A program made the translations under genes and the position numbers. Under the pieces are notes generated by a model, which was given only the letters and a program-made list of their open reading frames with translations, was not told where the DNA came from and did no database searches. Shown here one piece after another: positions 1 to 11,142 of a DNA stretch of 32,000 nucleotides; positions within the stretch are counted from its first letter, which is position 1, and each line of letters begins with the position of its first letter. This stretch comes from Xanthomonas campestris pv. campestris str. ATCC 33913. Lineage in GTDB: Bacteria > Pseudomonadota > Gammaproteobacteria > Xanthomonadales > Xanthomonadaceae. Location: NCBI RefSeq assembly GCF_000007145.1, contig NC_003902.1, forward strand, positions 1,837,436 through 1,869,435, in the 5' to 3' direction.

Positions 1-323
1 GCGCCAATGGCGACACCGCCAACAAGATCGGCAGCTACCAGCTGGCGATCGCCGCCCGCCACCACGGCGTCAAGTTCATGGTGGTGGCGCCGTCGTCCAC
101 GGTGGACATGGCCACCGCCGATGGCGACCAGATCGAGATCGAACAGCGCGATCCGGGCGAATTGTTCGGCGTGGGCGGCGTGCGCACCGTGGCCGACGGC
201 ATCCATGCCTGGAATCCGGTGTTCGATGTCACCCCGGGCCATCTGATCGATGCCATCGTCACCGAACGTGGCGTCATCGCGCAGCCGGACCTGGCGCGCA
301 TGCAGGCCGCCTTCGGCAACTGA
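1..323 (+). CDS. mtnA: S-methyl-5-thioribose-1-phosphate isomerase, C-terminal part (5' end lies outside the window)
   Basis: Frame 3 is open from the window edge. The translation [35 protein letters not shown]...[21 protein letters not shown] fits the conserved C-terminal core of MtnA/eIF-2B-like isomerases. TGA at 321-323. Confidence 0.85.
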   Translation, partial: ANGDTANKIGSYQLAIAARHHGVKFMVVAPSSTVDMATADGDQIEIEQRDPGELFGVGGVRTVADGIHAWNPVFDVTPGHLIDAIVTERGVIAQPDLARMQAAFGN

Positions 324-418
324 GCCAGCACACGGGCGCGGGGCCGGCAAGTGCCCCGCAAAGTCCTGCAAGTGCTTGTTTCTGGCTGGTAAACCGGCGG
401 CATTGGGTTGCCCCTTCA

Positions 419-427
419 TGCTACAAT
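419..427 (+). promoter_or_regulatory. Candidate extended -10 promoter element (TGcTACAAT) upstream of gyrA
   Basis: TGCTACAAT at 419-427 lies about 105 nt upstream of the gyrA ATG, in the 209-nt mtnA-gyrA spacer. No convincing -35 hexamer was found. Sequence match only. Confidence 0.3.
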
Positions 428-532
428 CCGGCGCTTGAATCGATCGGCGGGAGCGTGGGGTCGGCAGCCTGTCTCTGAGGCGCCCCCGACGCGGCTTTCC
501 GGCTCGCCCGCCACCTCACTTACGGAACCCGA

Positions 533-3232
533 ATGGCAGAAACCGCCAAGGAAATCATCCAGGTCAACCTGGAAGACGAGATGCGCAAGAGCTACCTCGA
601 TTACGCGATGAGCGTGATCGTGGGGCGCGCACTCCCCGATGCGCGCGACGGCCTCAAACCCGTGCATCGCCGTGTGCTGTTCGCGATGAACGAGTTGGGC
701 GCGCACAGCAACAAGGCCTACTTCAAGTCGGCGCGTATCGTCGGCGACGTCATCGGTAAGTACCACCCGCACGGCGACCAGTCGGTCTACGACACGCTGG
801 TGCGCATGGCGCAGCCGTTCTCGCTGCGCTACCTGATGGTGGACGGCCAGGGTAACTTCGGTTCGGTCGACGGCGACTCCGCCGCGGCGATGCGTTACAC
901 CGAGTCGCGCATGTCGCGGCTGGCGCATGAGCTGATGGCCGACATCGAGAAGGAAACCGTCGATTTCCAGCCCAACTACGATGAAAAGGAACTCGAGCCG
1001 ACGGTCATGCCGACACGGTTCCCGAGCCTGCTCGTCAACGGGTCGGCTGGTATCGCGGTGGGTATGGCCACCAATATCCCGCCGCACAATCTGACCGAAG
1101 CGATCAACGCGTGCATCGCGCTGATCGACACGCCGGAGCTGGATATCGAAGGGCTGATGGAGTACATCCCGGGCCCGGATTTCCCCACTGCCGGCATCAT
1201 CAACGGCACCGCCGGCATTGCCGCCGGCTACCGCACCGGCCGTGGCCGGGTGCGCATCCGTGCCAAGGCCGACGTGGAAGTGGCCGACAACGGCCGCGAA
1301 GCGATCGTGGTCACCGAGATTCCGTACCAGGTCAACAAGGCACGGCTGATCGAAAAGATCGCCGAGCTGGTGAAGGAAAAGAAGCTCGAAGGCATCAGCG
1401 AGCTGCGCGATGAGTCCGACAAGGACGGCATGCGCATCTACATCGAAATCAAGCGCGGCGAGTCGGCCGAGGTTGTGCTCAACAACCTGTACCAACAGAC
1501 CCAGATGGAGTCGGTGTTCGGCATCAACATGGTGGCGCTGGTCGATGGCCGCCCGCAGTTGATGAACCTCAAGCAGATGCTGGAGGCGTTCATCCGCCAC
1601 CGGCGCGAGGTGGTCACCCGCCGCACCATTTTTGAACTGCGCAAGGCACGCGCACGTGCGCATGTGCTGGAAGGTCTGACCGTTGCGTTGGCCAACATCG
1701 ACGAGATGATTGAGCTGATCAAGACCTCGGCCAATCCGCAGGAAGCGCGCGAGCGCATGCTGGCCAAGACCTGGGAACCGGGCCTGGTGGGCGCGCTGCT
1801 CGGCGCTGCCGGTGCCGAGGCGTCCAAGCCGGAAGATCTGGCGCCGGGCGTGGGCCTGTCCAACGGCTTCTATCAACTCAGCGAAGTGCAGGCCTCGCAG
1901 ATTCTGGAAATGCGTCTGCATCGCCTGACCGGGTTGGAGCAGGAAAAGCTCACCGACGAATACAAGCAGTTGCTCGAAGTCATCCAGGGTCTGATCCGCA
2001 TCCTGGAGAACCCCGACGTGCTGTTGCAGGTGATTCGCGACGAGCTGATCAACATCCGCGAAGAGTATGGCGATGCGCGCCGCACCGAGATCCGTCACAG
2101 CGAAGAAGACCTGGACATCCTGGATCTGATCGCGCCGGAAGACGTAGTGGTGACGCTTTCGCACGCGGGCTATGCCAAGCGCCAGCCGGTGAGCGCGTAT
2201 CGCGCGCAGCGCCGCGGTGGCCGTGGCCGTTCGGCGGCGTCGACCAAGGAAGAAGATTTCATCGATCAGCTGTGGCTGGTCAACACGCACGACACGCTGT
2301 TGACCTTCACCAGCAGCGGCAAGGTGTTCTGGCTGCCGGTGCATCAGTTGCCGGAGGCCGGCTCCAATGCACGCGGTCGCCCGATCATCAACTGGATTCC
2401 GCTGGAATCGGGCGAGCGCGTGCAGGCGGTGTTGCCGGTGCGCGAATACGCCGACAACCGCTACGTGTTCTTCGCCACCCGCAACGGCACGGTCAAGAAG
2501 ACCCCGCTGAGTGAATTCGCGTTCCGTCTGGCGCGCGGCAAGATCGCCATCAATCTCGATGAAGGCGATGCGCTGGTGGGTGTGGCGCTGACCGATGGCG
2601 ACCGCGATGTCCTGCTGTTTGCTTCCAACGGCAAGACCGTGCGCTTTGGCGAGTCGACCGTGCGCTCGATGGGCCGTACCGCCACTGGCGTGCGCGGTAT
2701 CCGTCTGGCCAAGGGCGAGGAGGTGGTCAGCCTGATCGTTTCCGAGCGTGCCGGCGGAGTGGAAGACGAGGTCGAGGACGAGAGTGCCGAGGAGGTCGTG
2801 GAGACCACCGACGGCGCCGAGCCGGCAGTGATCGATGTCGCCGACAACGGCGATGTGGCCTACATCCTGACCGCCACCGAGAACGGGTATGGCAAGCGCA
2901 CGCCGCTGGCCGAATACCCGCGCAAGGGACGCGGCACGCAAGGCGTGATCGGTATCCAGACCACCGAGCGCAACGGCAAGTTGGTGCGTGCGGTGCTGCT
3001 GGGTTCCACCGATGAAGTGCTGCTGATATCCGATGGTGGCACCTTGGTGCGCACGCGTGGTTCGGAGATTTCGCGCGTGGGCCGCAACACCCAGGGCGTG
3101 ACGCTGATCCGGCTGTCCAAGGGCGAGAAACTGCAGGCCGTCGAACGCCTGGATGCCTCGCTGGAAGAGCCCGAGGATGTGGTGGACGAGGCGGTTGCAA
3201 TCACCAGCGATGCGCCGCCTGCCGAGGGCTGA
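533..3232 (+). CDS. gyrA: DNA gyrase subunit A
   Basis: 899-aa ORF. QRDR sequence [20 protein letters not shown], active-site AAMRYTE (Tyr122), and repeated C-terminal beta-pinwheel blades. Confidence 0.98.
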   Translation: MAETAKEIIQVNLEDEMRKSYLDYAMSVIVGRALPDARDGLKPVHRRVLFAMNELGAHSNKAYFKSARIVGDVIGKYHPHGDQSVYDTLVRMAQPFSLRYLMVDGQGNFGSVDGDSAAAMRYTESRMSRLAHELMADIEKETVDFQPNYDEKELEPTVMPTRFPSLLVNGSAGIAVGMATNIPPHNLTEAINACIALIDTPELDIEGLMEYIPGPDFPTAGIINGTAGIAAGYRTGRGRVRIRAKADVEVADNGREAIVVTEIPYQVNKARLIEKIAELVKEKKLEGISELRDESDKDGMRIYIEIKRGESAEVVLNNLYQQTQMESVFGINMVALVDGRPQLMNLKQMLEAFIRHRREVVTRRTIFELRKARARAHVLEGLTVALANIDEMIELIKTSANPQEARERMLAKTWEPGLVGALLGAAGAEASKPEDLAPGVGLSNGFYQLSEVQASQILEMRLHRLTGLEQEKLTDEYKQLLEVIQGLIRILENPDVLLQVIRDELINIREEYGDARRTEIRHSEEDLDILDLIAPEDVVVTLSHAGYAKRQPVSAYRAQRRGGRGRSAASTKEEDFIDQLWLVNTHDTLLTFTSSGKVFWLPVHQLPEAGSNARGRPIINWIPLESGERVQAVLPVREYADNRYVFFATRNGTVKKTPLSEFAFRLARGKIAINLDEGDALVGVALTDGDRDVLLFASNGKTVRFGESTVRSMGRTATGVRGIRLAKGEEVVSLIVSERAGGVEDEVEDESAEEVVETTDGAEPAVIDVADNGDVAYILTATENGYGKRTPLAEYPRKGRGTQGVIGIQTTERNGKLVRAVLLGSTDEVLLISDGGTLVRTRGSEISRVGRNTQGVTLIRLSKGEKLQAVERLDASLEEPEDVVDEAVAITSDAPPAEG

Positions 3233-3259
3233 TCGCGCGGTGCGATGTGTGCAGTCATG

Positions 3260-3292
3260 AAAAACGCCGGCGCATTGCCGGCGTTTTTTTTT
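3260..3292 (+). terminator. Rho-independent terminator of gyrA
   Basis: AAAAACGCCGGC (3260-3271), loop GCATT, GCCGGCGTTTTT (3277-3288). A run of 9 T at 3284-3292, 28 nt after the gyrA stop. Confidence 0.8.
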
Positions 3293-3424
3293 GCGGTGTT
3301 TGGCTGTAACGCATTGTTGACAGAACATGTCAGCAAAGAACGCAGGTCTTTCACAAAAACGGGTCGAAGGTAGTTCGCGGTGCGGCAACGTTGCGTTGGC
3401 CGCAGATGCAAAGAGGAACTACTG

Positions 3425-5896
3425 ATGTCGACATTGCTTCGTCCCTCCCGTCGCGGCCATTGGGCCCTGGCGATTCTGGGAGGCGTGATTGTGCTGCTGG
3501 GGCTGGTGCTGCTGGCAGGTGGTGCGTGGCTCGCCACGCTGGGCGGATCCTGGTATTACGCACCGGCAGGCCTGGCGATGCTGATCGCTGGCGTGTTGCT
3601 GTTCCGCGGCCGCAATGCCGGCGCGTGGTGGTTTGCCGCCGTCGTGGCCGCCACGCTGCTGTGGACGTGGTGGGAATCGGGCAGTGATTACTGGCGCTGG
3701 GTGCCGCGGCTCGGGTTGATCGTGGGCCTGGCGTTTGTGCTGGCGCTGCTGTTGCCCAAGCTCGAGCGCCCGGTGTCGCGCGCCGTCTCGCGCAGCGTGG
3801 CTGGCGGACTGGCAGTGGTGTTTGTGGTGGCCTTTGCGTTGGCCTTCGTGCCGTTCGGAATCACCGAGGCCGAGGGTGCATTGACGCAGGTGGCAGGCAT
3901 CGCCGCAGGTGTGGTCAATCGCCCCGCCGATGGCGCACAGCCGGCACAGCCCGCCAATGCGCCGGTCGATGACGACTGGGCCGCATATGGACGCAGCCAG
4001 GCTGGGCAGCGCTATTCGCCACTCACCCAAATCAATCGCGACAATGTCAGCCAGCTGCAGCAGGCGTGGGTGTTCCATACCGGCGATGTGCCGACCAAGC
4101 GCTGGGGCGCCGAAACCACACCGTTGAAGGTCGGCGACAGCCTGTATCTGTGTAGCGCGCGCAATCAGGTGATCGCGCTGGACGCCTCCACCGGCAAGCA
4201 GCGCTGGCGCTACGACCCCAAGGTCAAGGACGAGGCCATTCCATACACCGCGGCCTGCCGCGGGGTGTCGTATTACGAAGTGCCGACGGCGGCGCCGGCC
4301 GCAAATGACGCAGCCGCTTCGCAGGCGGCGACGGCGCCTGCGCTGTGCCGTACGCGCGTGATCGAAGGCACGCTGGATGGGCGCCTGATTGCATTGGATG
4401 CGCGCACCGGGACACCATGCGCGGACTTCGGCACTCACGGTCAGGTCGACATCACCGTCGGCATGGGCGAGACGCCACCGGGCTACATCTCGATCAACTC
4501 GCCGCCGGCCATCGTGCGCGGCGTGGTGGTCATCGGGCATCAGGTCCTTGACGGGCAAAAGCGTTATGAGCCCTCGGGCGTGATCCAGGGCTTTGACGCG
4601 GTCACCGGCCAGTTGCGCTGGGCCTGGGACATGACCCATCCCGAATGGAATGGTGCACCGCCGCCTGGCCAGACCTGGACGCGCGGCACCCCCAACATGT
4701 GGACCACCGCAGCGGCCGACGAGCAGCTGGGTTACGTGTATCTGCCGATGGGCAATTCCACCGCGGACTACTGGAGCAGCTCGCGCACGCCGCCGGAAAA
4801 CCGCTATGCCACCTCGCTGGTGGCGTTGGATGTGACCACCGGCAAGCCGGTGTGGAATTTCCAGACCACGCATATCGACGCATGGGATTACGACCTCGGC
4901 TCGCAGCCCAGCCTGATCGATTTCCCCAAGGATGGCGTCAACGTGCCGGCCGTGTTGCTGCCGAGCAAGCAGGGCGAGTTGTACGTGCTGGACCGTCGCA
5001 CCGGCGAGCCGCTGGTTGGCGTGGAAGAGCGCGCCGTGCCCGGCGGTGGTGTGGAGCCGCAGATGCGCTCCAAGACCCAGCCGTTCTCGCTGTATCACAC
5101 GCTGCGCAAGCCGGATCTGACCGAGCGCGACATGTGGGGCATGACCCCGATCGATCAGCTGGTGTGCCGTATCCAGTTCCGCAAGGCGAGCTACAAGGGC
5201 ATCTACACGCCGCCCGAAGCCGACCGGCATTCCATCGAATACCCCGGCTATAACGGCGGCTCGGACTGGGGCAGCGTGGCGGTGGATCCGCACCGTGGCG
5301 TGATCGTGGCCAACTACAACGACATGCCCAACTACAACATCCTGGTGCCGCGCGCCAAGGCGGACAAACTGGGCTGGGCTCCGCGCGATCAGGTGCGTGG
5401 CGATGCCGGTGGTGCCGAAGGCGCCGGCGACCCGCAGGCCGGCACGCCCTACGCGGTAAACGTCAACGCCGGCTGGCGTTTGCCGTTCACCAAGCTGCTG
5501 TGCAAGCAGCCACCCTATGGCGGCATTCGCGCCATCGATCTGAAGAGCGGCAAGACCCTGTGGGACCGTCCCTTTGGCAGTGCGCGCGGCAACGGGCCGT
5601 TCGGGATTCGCTCCGGCCTGCCGATCGAAATCGGCACGCCGAACAACGGTGGCTCGGTGGTCACTGCGGGTGGTCTGATCTTCATTGCCGCCGCAACCGA
5701 TGACCTGATCCGTGCGATCGACCTGGCCACCGGCAAGGAGCTGTGGCACGCCAAGCTGCCGGCCGGTGGCCAGGCCAATCCGATGGTCTACGCGTACGGC
5801 GGCCGCGAGTATCTGGTGATCATGGCGGCCGGTCACCACTTCATGGAAACACCGGCAGGCGATGCCCTGGTGGCCTACGCGTTGCCGCAGCGGTAA
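3425..5896 (+). CDS. gcd: Membrane-bound PQQ-dependent (quinoprotein) glucose dehydrogenase
   Basis: N-terminal multi-TM segment (ALAILGGVIVLLGLVLLAGGAWL...), followed by the PQQ beta-propeller region (YGRSQAGQRYSPLTQINRDNVSQLQQAWVFHTGD..., WDYDLGSQPSL). I prefer the ATG at 3425 (MSTLLRPSRRGHW) over the ORF-track start at 3380. Confidence 0.9.
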   Translation: MSTLLRPSRRGHWALAILGGVIVLLGLVLLAGGAWLATLGGSWYYAPAGLAMLIAGVLLFRGRNAGAWWFAAVVAATLLWTWWESGSDYWRWVPRLGLIVGLAFVLALLLPKLERPVSRAVSRSVAGGLAVVFVVAFALAFVPFGITEAEGALTQVAGIAAGVVNRPADGAQPAQPANAPVDDDWAAYGRSQAGQRYSPLTQINRDNVSQLQQAWVFHTGDVPTKRWGAETTPLKVGDSLYLCSARNQVIALDASTGKQRWRYDPKVKDEAIPYTAACRGVSYYEVPTAAPAANDAAASQAATAPALCRTRVIEGTLDGRLIALDARTGTPCADFGTHGQVDITVGMGETPPGYISINSPPAIVRGVVVIGHQVLDGQKRYEPSGVIQGFDAVTGQLRWAWDMTHPEWNGAPPPGQTWTRGTPNMWTTAAADEQLGYVYLPMGNSTADYWSSSRTPPENRYATSLVALDVTTGKPVWNFQTTHIDAWDYDLGSQPSLIDFPKDGVNVPAVLLPSKQGELYVLDRRTGEPLVGVEERAVPGGGVEPQMRSKTQPFSLYHTLRKPDLTERDMWGMTPIDQLVCRIQFRKASYKGIYTPPEADRHSIEYPGYNGGSDWGSVAVDPHRGVIVANYNDMPNYNILVPRAKADKLGWAPRDQVRGDAGGAEGAGDPQAGTPYAVNVNAGWRLPFTKLLCKQPPYGGIRAIDLKSGKTLWDRPFGSARGNGPFGIRSGLPIEIGTPNNGGSVVTAGGLIFIAAATDDLIRAIDLATGKELWHAKLPAGGQANPMVYAYGGREYLVIMAAGHHFMETPAGDALVAYALPQR

Positions 5897-5927
5897 GCGG
5901 CAACGCGGTTCAATGGATCTGTGAATC

Positions 5928-5958
5928 AGAAACGCGCCGCTTGCGGCGCGTTTCTTTA
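5928..5958 (+). terminator. Probable intrinsic terminator of gcd
   Basis: AGAAACGCGCCGC (5928-5940) is complementary to GCGGCGCGTTTCT (5943-5955). The T-rich tail TTTCTTT follows. It starts 32 nt after the stop. Confidence 0.6.
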
Positions 5959-6116
5959 GCACGCATTCCTCGCAACCCGTCCAGACTCGCAGCTCGAATA
6001 GTCAGCCCGAGCGCTCAATTCAAGGCACGATACGAATGGCCGGCGCGACTGCTTTGTAAGAAAGCAAACGTCCCACATTCCGCGCCGCACGCGCCTCAGG
6101 CACTCAACCCAGGCAC

Positions 6117-6854
6117 TCAGTTCACAGCACTTGCAAGACTGTCTTGCTCTTCCTTCACGGCATCCTGCACGTCCTGCGCCAGCGTGGCCTTGACGATAAT
6201 CGAGCGAATGGCGTCGGTGGCCTCTGACAGCGGTATGTCGCTGCTCAGGCGCTGGAAGGTATCGCGGCTGTTATAGCCGGAACCATCCTTGAGGTAGTGC
6301 TCGTACATCGACAGCAGATCCTGGCACGCCGTGATCAGCGCAGCCACATTGCCACGCAGCAGCGCATGGCCGATCTGGTCGAAGCTGTGCAGACAATCGG
6401 CCAGCCAATGCAGGTCGTAGCGTGCAGTGCTGGGTTCGGGCGCGTTGTGGCCGCGGCTGTAAGCGCTGTAACGGCGCAGGCTGCGTGCCACGCGCGCGAC
6501 ATGCGCAAACAGCGTGCCGATTTCCGCAGCGATATCCAGGCGCTGCACCATCACCATCGGAATCACCTGGTCGGGCGTGTCTGAAGACTGCTGCGCCGAG
6601 GCATTCTGTTCCTGCTGATCGAGCGATTGCTTCAACACCGTGTAGCTGCGTTGCAGGGACTCCAGCTCCAGCGTGGTCGCCGCCGCACGTGCTTTCAGCT
6701 GCGACAGCGCCGCCTGATAGCGCGCAAGACTGTCCTGGGTGCTGGCGTGCTGCCCGTACTCGGCAGTGAGCTGGCGCCCACGCACGAACGCCAACCCCGT
6801 GGCGATGAGCGCCCAGAGTGCGAAGGCAGGCACCAGGTAGATCAGGATGCCCAT
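6117..6854 (-). CDS. Hypothetical membrane-anchored coiled-coil protein
   Basis: ORF with one N-terminal TM helix (MGILIYLVPAFALWALIATGLAF), a Gln/Leu-rich predicted coiled coil, and a helical C-terminal region. I prefer the ATG at 6854 because GAGGAGCC lies just upstream; the ORF-track start is 6965. I recognise no family. Confidence 0.55.
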   Translation of the reverse strand: MGILIYLVPAFALWALIATGLAFVRGRQLTAEYGQHASTQDSLARYQAALSQLKARAAATTLELESLQRSYTVLKQSLDQQEQNASAQQSSDTPDQVIPMVMVQRLDIAAEIGTLFAHVARVARSLRRYSAYSRGHNAPEPSTARYDLHWLADCLHSFDQIGHALLRGNVAALITACQDLLSMYEHYLKDGSGYNSRDTFQRLSSDIPLSEATDAIRSIIVKATLAQDVQDAVKEEQDSLASAVN

Positions 6855-6993
6855 GGAGGCTCCTCGGAACGATGCATATCTTGTCGGCCAGGAATCGGCA
6901 GACTTGAGCGCTTTCGCTTGAAGATGCTCGATGCGCGGTGCCGCGGCCTTTGCGGCAACCGCCAATTAGAGACTTACGTGTGGCTTCGGCCTA

Positions 6994-7016
6994 CTGACAG
7001 CGCGTGGCGCTGTCAG
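6994..7016 (-). terminator. Hairpin just downstream of hutU (terminator-like, no U tract)
   Basis: CTGACAGCGC (6994-7003), loop GTG, GCGCTGTCAG (7007-7016). It lies 12 nt beyond the hutU stop on the minus strand. Confidence 0.35.
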
Positions 7017-7028
7017 CGCGGCCAAGGC

Positions 7029-8696
7029 TCAGCTCAAGATGCCCGGCAAATCCAGGCCTTGGTCCTTCGCGCACTCCACGGCGATGGCGTATCCCGCATC
7101 GGCATGGCGCATCACGCCGGTGGCCGGGTCGTTCCAGAGCACGCGTTCGATCCGCTTGTCTGCTGCTTCGCTACCGTCGCAGACGATGACCATGCCGGCG
7201 TGCTGCGAAAAGCCCATGCCGACGCCGCCGCCGTGATGCAGCGAGACCCAGGTGGCGCCGCTGGCGGTGTTGAGCAGGGCGTTGAGCAGGGGCCAATCGG
7301 AGACGGCATCGGAGCCATCGGCCATCGCCTCGGTTTCGCGATTGGGCGAGGCCACGCTGCCGGAATCCAGATGATCGCGGCCGATCACCACCGGTGCCTT
7401 CAGCTCGCCGCTGCGCACCATCGCGTTGAAGGCCAGGCCGAGCCGATGGCGGTCGCCCAGACCAACCCAGCAAATCCGCGCGGGCAGGCCCTGGAAGGCA
7501 ATCTTTTCAGCGGCCATGTCCAGCCAGCGGTGCAGGTGCGCATCGTCGGGGATGAGTTCCTTGACCTTGGCATCGGTCTTGGCGATGTCTTCCGGGTCGC
7601 CGGACAACGCCACCCAGCGGAACGGGCCGATGCCGCGACAAAACAAGGGCCGGATATAGGCGGGCACGAAGCCGGGGAAGTCGAAGGCGTTGTCGATGCC
7701 TTCTTCCAGCGCCATCTGCCGCAGGTTGTTGCCGTAGTCCACGGTGGGCACGCCGAGTGCGTGGAAGGTGAGCATGGCGCGTATGTGGTTGGCCATCGCC
7801 TCGCGCGCGGCGGCTTCCACGTCCTTCGGCGCGCTCACGCGCTTTGCGTCCCATTCTTCGACGCTCCAGCCCTGCGGCAGGTAGCCGTTGACAGGGTCGT
7901 GCGCGGAGGTCTGGTCGGTCAGCAGGTCCGGCTTGATGCCGCGCAGCAGCAGTTCGTCCAGCACGTCGGCGACATTGCCGAGCAGGCCGACCGACAGTGG
8001 CCTCTTCGCGGTGCACGATTCCTCGATCAGCCGTAACGCCTCGTCCAGCGAGTCGGTCCAGGTGTCCAGGTAGCCGGTGCGCAGGCGCATGTCGATGCTA
8101 GAGCGGCGGCATTCCACCGCCAGGCAGGAGGCGCCGGCCATCACCGCGGCCAGCGGCTGCGCGCCACCCATGCCGCCGAGCCCGCCGGTAAACAGCCACT
8201 TGCCGGCCAGGCTGCCGCCGTAATGCTGGCGGCCCATCTCCACGAAGGTTTCGTAGGTGCCTTGCACGATGCCTTGCGCGCCGATGTAGATCCAACTGCC
8301 GGCGGTCATCTGGCCGTACATGGCCAGGCCCTTTTTATCCAGTTCGTTGAAGTGGTCCCAGGTGGCCCAGCGCGGCACCAGGTTGGAATTGGCGATCAAC
8401 ACGCGCGGCGCATCGGCATGCGTGCGGAACACACCGACCGGCTTGCCCGACTGCACCAACAGGGTCTGGTCATCGTCCAGGCGGGTCAGCGCGGCGACGA
8501 TTGCATCGAAGGATTCCCAGTCGCGCGCGGCACGGCCGATGCCGCCGTAGACCACCAGTTCCTGCGGACGCTCGGCCACGTCCGGGTCCAGATTGTTCAT
8601 CAGCATGCGCAGCGGCGCTTCGGTGAGCCAGCTCTTGGCGGTAAGCGTGGTGCCGGTGGCGGCGCGGATGACGCGGGTGGAGTCGTGACGGGTCAT
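7029..8696 (-). CDS. hutU: Urocanate hydratase (urocanase)
   Basis: Full-length urocanase-like sequence ([43 protein letters not shown]...). ATG at 8696 is preceded by AAGGA; the ORF-track start at 8711 is a TTG. Confidence 0.96.
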   Translation of the reverse strand: MTRHDSTRVIRAATGTTLTAKSWLTEAPLRMLMNNLDPDVAERPQELVVYGGIGRAARDWESFDAIVAALTRLDDDQTLLVQSGKPVGVFRTHADAPRVLIANSNLVPRWATWDHFNELDKKGLAMYGQMTAGSWIYIGAQGIVQGTYETFVEMGRQHYGGSLAGKWLFTGGLGGMGGAQPLAAVMAGASCLAVECRRSSIDMRLRTGYLDTWTDSLDEALRLIEESCTAKRPLSVGLLGNVADVLDELLLRGIKPDLLTDQTSAHDPVNGYLPQGWSVEEWDAKRVSAPKDVEAAAREAMANHIRAMLTFHALGVPTVDYGNNLRQMALEEGIDNAFDFPGFVPAYIRPLFCRGIGPFRWVALSGDPEDIAKTDAKVKELIPDDAHLHRWLDMAAEKIAFQGLPARICWVGLGDRHRLGLAFNAMVRSGELKAPVVIGRDHLDSGSVASPNRETEAMADGSDAVSDWPLLNALLNTASGATWVSLHHGGGVGMGFSQHAGMVIVCDGSEAADKRIERVLWNDPATGVMRHADAGYAIAVECAKDQGLDLPGILS

Positions 8697-8711
8697 GCCA
8701 AGGTCCTTCAA

Positions 8712-9554
8712 TCAACGGTGAGCGGCGGGCGTGGCGCCCGCGGCGAAATCCAGGCAGGCGCGCAACACATGCCGCAATACGGCGCGCAGTGCGGCTGCGT
8801 GTACCGGTTGCCACGGCGTTGGCCAGGTGTCCGGGGTGATCTGTTCCGGTTCCTGCATGTAGCCGCGGCAGGCCAATTCCATCTGCAGCGCGTGCACGCC
8901 CTGATCCGGCTGCGCGTAGTGGCGGGTGATCCAGCCACCCTTGAAACGGCCGTTGCGCACGGTGCTGGAGCCGCTGCTTCGGCACAGCTGTTCCACCGCA
9001 TCGGCCAGCGCCGGATCGCAGCTGGCATCGTCGTTGCTGCCGATGTTGAACTGCGGCAATTCGCCTGCGAACAGGTGCGGGATGTGTGAGCGGATCGAAT
9101 GCGCGTCATAGACCACGATGCGCGGATGCAGTGCGCGCAGACGTGCAATTTCATCGGCCAGCGCAGCGTGATACGGATCGAACCATTGCGTGCGGCGCAA
9201 CGCGATCTGTGCCGGATCCGGCGCCTGCCCGTCGCGGTACAGCGGCTGATTGTCGAAGGTGGTCAACGGGCACAGGCCGGTGGTGTGCTGGCCGGGATAC
9301 AGCGAGGCACCACTCGGGTCGCGATTGACGTCGATGACCGAACGCGAAACCGTCGTGCGCACGGTGGTGGCGCCCAGGCTCTGCGCAAAGTCGTAGAGCT
9401 GATCCACCCACCAATCGGTATCGCGGCAGGCCAGCCATGGCGAGACGAAGTGGTTGGCCACGCTCTGCGGCAGGTCGGTGCCGGTGTGCGGGAAGCTGAT
9501 CAGCAGCGGTGCGTTGCCGCGCTGCACGTGCAGCCAGTCGGGCAGGGCGCTCAT
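8712..9554 (-). CDS. hutG: N-formylglutamate amidohydrolase (deformylase)
   Basis: 280 aa. FGase-family N-terminus (APLLISFPHTGTDLP). Tightly packed between hutH and hutU: a 34-nt gap on one side and 15 nt on the other. Confidence 0.88.
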   Translation of the reverse strand: MSALPDWLHVQRGNAPLLISFPHTGTDLPQSVANHFVSPWLACRDTDWWVDQLYDFAQSLGATTVRTTVSRSVIDVNRDPSGASLYPGQHTTGLCPLTTFDNQPLYRDGQAPDPAQIALRRTQWFDPYHAALADEIARLRALHPRIVVYDAHSIRSHIPHLFAGELPQFNIGSNDDASCDPALADAVEQLCRSSGSSTVRNGRFKGGWITRHYAQPDQGVHALQMELACRGYMQEPEQITPDTWPTPWQPVHAAALRAVLRHVLRACLDFAAGATPAAHR

Positions 9555-9588
9555 GCGCGCGCTCTGCGATGCGACGCGGTGGGCCGGC

Positions 9589-11130
9589 TCATGCGCTCAG
9601 CTCCACGCCAGGCAGTACGATGCCCACCGCAGTGGCGAGGGCGCCCGAGCGCACCAGCGCGCTGGCGGCCAGCATGTCCGGATGGAAGTAACGGTCGTCC
9701 TGCAGCGTGGGCACCTGCGCACGCAGCAGTGCACGCGCGGCTTCCAGCGCGGCGCTGGAGCGCAGCGGCGCGTGGAAATCGCAGCCCTGCACGGCGGCCA
9801 GCAGTTCGATGCCGATGACGTGCGCGGCGTTGTCGGCCATCGCCAGCAGGCGGCGTGCGCCATGCGCTGCCATCGACACGTGATCTTCCTGGTTGGCGGA
9901 GGTCGGAATCGAATCGACGCTGGCTGGGTAGGCGCATTGCTTGTTTTCCGAGACCAGCGCGGCGGCGGTCACCTGTGGAATCATGAAGCCCGAATTCAAG
10001 CCGGGGCGCGGGGTGAGAAACGCCGGCAGGCCCGAGAGCGCAGGGTCGACCAGCATCGCGGTGCGGCGCTCGCTGATCGAGCCGATTTCGCACACCGCCA
10101 GCGCCAGCATGTCGGCCGCGAATGCCACCGGCTCGGCGTGGAAGTTGCCACCGGACAATGCCTCGCCGGTATCGCTGAAGACCAGCGGGTTGTCGGACAC
10201 GCCATTGGCTTCAATTTCCAATGTGCGCGCGGCCTGGCGCATCACATCCAGTGCCGCGCCCATCACCTGTGGCTGGCAGCGCAGGCAGTACGGATCCTGC
10301 ACACGCACATCGCCCAGCCGATGCGATTCGCGGATGGCCGATTCCGCCATCAGCGCACGCAAGGCGGCCGCGGTTGCGATCTGCCCGGGTTGCCCGCGCA
10401 AGGCATGGATGCGCGCATCGAAGGGCGTGTCCGAGCCCTTGGCCGCTTCCACCGACAGCGCGCCGGTGACCAGCGCGGCCTGCAGCACGGTTTCGATCTC
10501 GAACAAGCCGGCCAGCGCGCAGGCGGTGGAGAACTGGGTGCCGTTGAGCAGCGCCAGGCCCTCTTTGGCACCGAGCACGCGTGGCTGCAGCTGCGCCCGG
10601 GCCAGCGCATCCGCCGCCGGCAGGCGCTGATCGCCGACGAAGGCCTCGCCCACGCCGATCATCACCGCGGCCAGGTGTGACAGGGGCGCCAGGTCGCCCG
10701 ACGCACCCACCGAGCCCTGGCACGGCACCACTGGCGTGATGCCCTGACGCAGCATCGCCTCCAGCAGCGCCAGGGTATCGGGCTGAATTCCCGAGGCGCC
10801 CTGCGCCAGGCTGGTGAGCTTGAGCGCCATCATCAGCCGCACCACCGGCACCGGCGTGGGGTCGCCGACACCGGCCGCGTGCGAGAGCACGATATTGCGT
10901 TGCAGGGTCTGCAGATCGTCGCGTTCGATCCGCACGCTGGCCAGCTTGCCGAAGCCGGTGTTGACCCCGTACACCGGCTCGCCCCGCGCCACGATCGCCT
11001 CCACCGTCTGCGCGCTACGCAACACCGCCTGCGCGCAGGCAGGGTCCAGGGTGACTTCGGCACCGCGATACAGCGCACGCCACTGCGCCAGGGTGACCTG
11101 GCCGGGCTGCAACACAACAGACGCACTCAT
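9589..11130 (-). CDS. hutH: Histidine ammonia-lyase (histidase)
   Basis: 513 aa. Contains the MIO-forming region [16 protein letters not shown] typical of HAL/PAL enzymes. Confidence 0.97.
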
Positions 11131-11142
11131 GACGACTCCGGG

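Noticed and set aside
338-359. 7-bp hairpin GCGGGGC / GCCCCGC after mtnA, as a possible terminator
   Set aside because: Short stem, 8-nt loop and no U tract. Too weak to call.
416-3388. 990-aa ORF on the minus strand, opposite gyrA
   Set aside because: Its product is Arg/Ala/His/Gly-rich and low in complexity. It lies entirely antisense to an unambiguous gyrA. This is a typical stop-codon-poor shadow ORF of high-GC DNA.
3419-5962. 847-aa ORF on the minus strand, opposite gcd
   Set aside because: Same reasoning: it is antisense to a clearly homologous PQQ dehydrogenase gene, and its product has no protein-like features.
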